Of a DNA stretch of 64,000 nt, positions 62,217-64,000 are shown piece by piece. The notes below the pieces were generated by a model. It was not told the DNA's origin. It did not search any database and worked only from the letters and a program-made list of their open reading frames with translations. Within the stretch, counting starts at the first letter, position 1. Every line of letters starts with the position of its first letter. Origin of the DNA: Ignavibacteriota bacterium (lineage in GTDB: Bacteria > Bacteroidota > Ignavibacteria > UBA10030); assembly GCA_963778945.1 (NCBI GenBank), contig CAVZWL010000005.1:70544-134543 (forward strand), written 5' to 3'. The translations under genes were made by a program, and so were the position numbers.

Positions 62217-62633
62217 ATGCCGATTGAAGACGACGCGGTGATTCGCAAAATATTGAACGAAACGAAAACCATCGCTCTTGTCGGTGCATCGAAGAAACCG
62301 TACCGGGACAGTTATCGTATCGGACAATTTCTTCGTCTCAAGAGGGTATACCGTTTTTCCGGTCAATCCGAACTATACGGAAATCGAAGGGGAAAAATGC
62401 TATCCCGATCTTACTCTCCATCGGAGAGCCGATCGATATCGTCGATGTTTTTCGTGCTCCCGATGCAGTCGGGGAAATCGTCGATGATGCCGTTGCCGTT
62501 CAAGCAAAAACCGTCTGGATGCAATTGGGAGTTGTCAATGAAAAGGCCGCTCAAAAAGCGGAGTCCGCCGGCATTGCTGTCATTATGGATCGATGCATCG
62601 CGGTAGAATACGCAAGACTGATGAAAGTTTAAG
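62217..62633 (+). CDS. CoA-binding domain protein (YccU-like) with 2 frameshifts
   Basis: The Rossmann start IALVGASKKPYRDSYRI is in one frame. Later segments (…GYTVFPVNPNYTEIEGEKCYPDL…, …AVAVQAKTVWMQLGVVNEKAAQKAESAGIAVIMDRCI…) are in other frames. Confidence 0.6.
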
Positions 62634-62753
62634 CGTATGTTCTGCAGCACCGCCGCATGTCGAAGAGGAGGAGAGATGGGGACTGTAAACCGGGCATAAA
62701 TTCTCGCTCGAATTCCATAAATTAAAAAGTGATACTAATCTGAGAAATCAAAT

Positions 62754-64000
62754 TTGAAACTCCCCAAATGGATTTTCGTTCTGCTGGCAATGCCTCTTGT
62801 CTTTGTTTGCGCCCAGAGCATCGACGATTCCCTTATTGTTGTGAAGGAAATCCGAATCTCGGGCAACGACGTAACGAAAGAATATGTTATCCGGCGGGAG
62901 ATGAAACTGCATGCACGGGGATACGCTCCGGCAGGAAATCCTAAAGCGGGACCAGGATCGGATTTATAATCTCGGTTTGTTCAATAAGGTCGATATCGAG
63001 TATTCCGTAGAGGACAGGCAGGCAACAGTCTTCGTTGTCGTTTCCGAGCGATGGTATCTATTGCCGTATCCTGTACTTGGAATGAAATACCACGATCTTT
63101 CGAAATTGTACTACGGAATCAGCGCCCTCGATAATAATTTCAGAGGATGCAACGAAAAAATATCGGCTCAAATTGGTTTCGGGTACGATCGATGGGCCGC
63201 TCTTTCATATCAAAACCCAAAGCTGACGGCTGACGACGATATATATTTTTCCTCGTCCATCATCGGACAGAAGGTGCATAATTTGAGTCCCATTTATGGA
63301 GAATATCTCAACAATAATTTTGATGTCAACGCGACGATAGGGAAGCGATTTGGCTATGATCAGACATTCTATGCGACCGCAGAATATCAAGTCTGGCAGG
63401 TGAACGATGCATTGATCGGCAGGACTGTCTCGGCTACGGGGCGCGATGCTTTTCCCGATCTGGTCTTCGTCTATCGATTCGACACCCGCAACGACATAGA
63501 ATATGCAACGAGGGGAACGCTGATTGCACTTTCTTATGTGAAATACGGATTCGGAGATAATGCCGTCAATACGGTTGCTTCGACTTTCGACATCAAGCAT
63601 TTCATCGGAATCGGGGATAAAGGAGGTCTCGGTTTCCGGGCGCTCGGGTCTTTTGAATGGGGAGGATTGATTCCTCCATACCAGCATTTTTTCTTCGGTT
63701 ACGACGATCGCATACGCGGATATTTCAATACTATTTTAGAAGGGGAAGACCGGCTGGGCGGGACAATGGAATTGCGTTTGCCGCTCTTAAGTCCGCATTA
63801 TTATGATGCCGATTATATGCCTCTTCCCGGATTCCATAGATTGCGCTACGGAATATATTTCAGCATCTTTGCAGATGCGGGAACGGTCATGGTACCGCAA
63901 TCAGGTTCTCAATCAACAGCCGGTTTATTCGGGCTATGGTGCAGGGCTGCATTTTCTTCTTCCGTACGGATTCACTATACGGACAGAGGGCGCAGTCAAC
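62754..64000 (+). CDS. Omp85/BamA-family outer membrane protein (POTRA + surface-antigen barrel), 3' end outside the window; frameshift at about 62920
   Basis: A signal peptide and a POTRA-like segment (VKEIRISGNDVTKEYVIRREM…) are followed by a long beta-barrel region with an aromatic-rich repeat pattern. The start codon is uncertain (TTG at 62754). Confidence 0.65.

Overview
This is a 64-kb chromosomal window of roughly 50% GC that is densely coding and carries mostly housekeeping genes. The T9SS type-A C-terminal sorting domains, a DUF5683 protein and DUF2723-like domain content suggest an FCB-group bacterium (Bacteroidota/Ignavibacteria/Chlorobi-like). I saw no rRNA, tRNA or CRISPR array.

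Gene content in order:
- a 5'-truncated aldo/keto reductase, ferritin and an FmdB zinc-ribbon protein;
- tyrA plus DAHP synthase;
- a minus-strand LPS/KDO cluster (kdsA-kdsC-kdsD-lptC-large LptA-like-lptB);
- an AT-rich accessory stretch from about 9.5 to 20.4 kb, all on the minus strand, holding a TPR lipoprotein, an exported ACP paralog, several small DUF/stress-type proteins, an NHL-repeat T9SS substrate, an IS1-family element, a candidate sRNA, small ORFs and an ICMT-family methyltransferase;
- ispE, a TonB-dependent-receptor-like outer membrane protein, a LOG-family protein, a cupin, a GT9 heptosyltransferase, a large DUF2723-like membrane protein, hemW, two tandem lepB paralogs, lepA and a TIGR01777 epimerase;
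- a DUF5683 protein, ridA, parB-parA, an ahcY-metK-nucleotidyltransferase operon, fni, a polyprenyl synthase, ptsH-ptsI, a bifunctional PGI/PMI, a Crp/Fnr regulator, a PHP phosphoesterase and ribH;
- a second T9SS substrate, the canonical yceD-rpmF-plsX-fabH-fabD-fabG-acpP-fabF-rnc cluster, gcvP, a CoA-binding protein and the start of an Omp85 protein.

Two observations cut across the whole window:
- At least 25 otherwise well-conserved genes are broken by single-base frameshifts. Every junction I checked at base level sits in a short homopolymer, which points to assembly error rather than biology. I therefore give merged coordinates for those genes.
- A family of intergenic tandem arrays with a strict 7-bp period (GTAAATG/GTGAATG, CTGTAAA, GAACTAA and related units) occupies at least 8 spacers.

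The most novel protein-level finding is a signal-peptide-bearing paralog of AcpP whose phosphopantetheine-attachment serine is replaced by aspartate. It is expressed from its own strong promoter.
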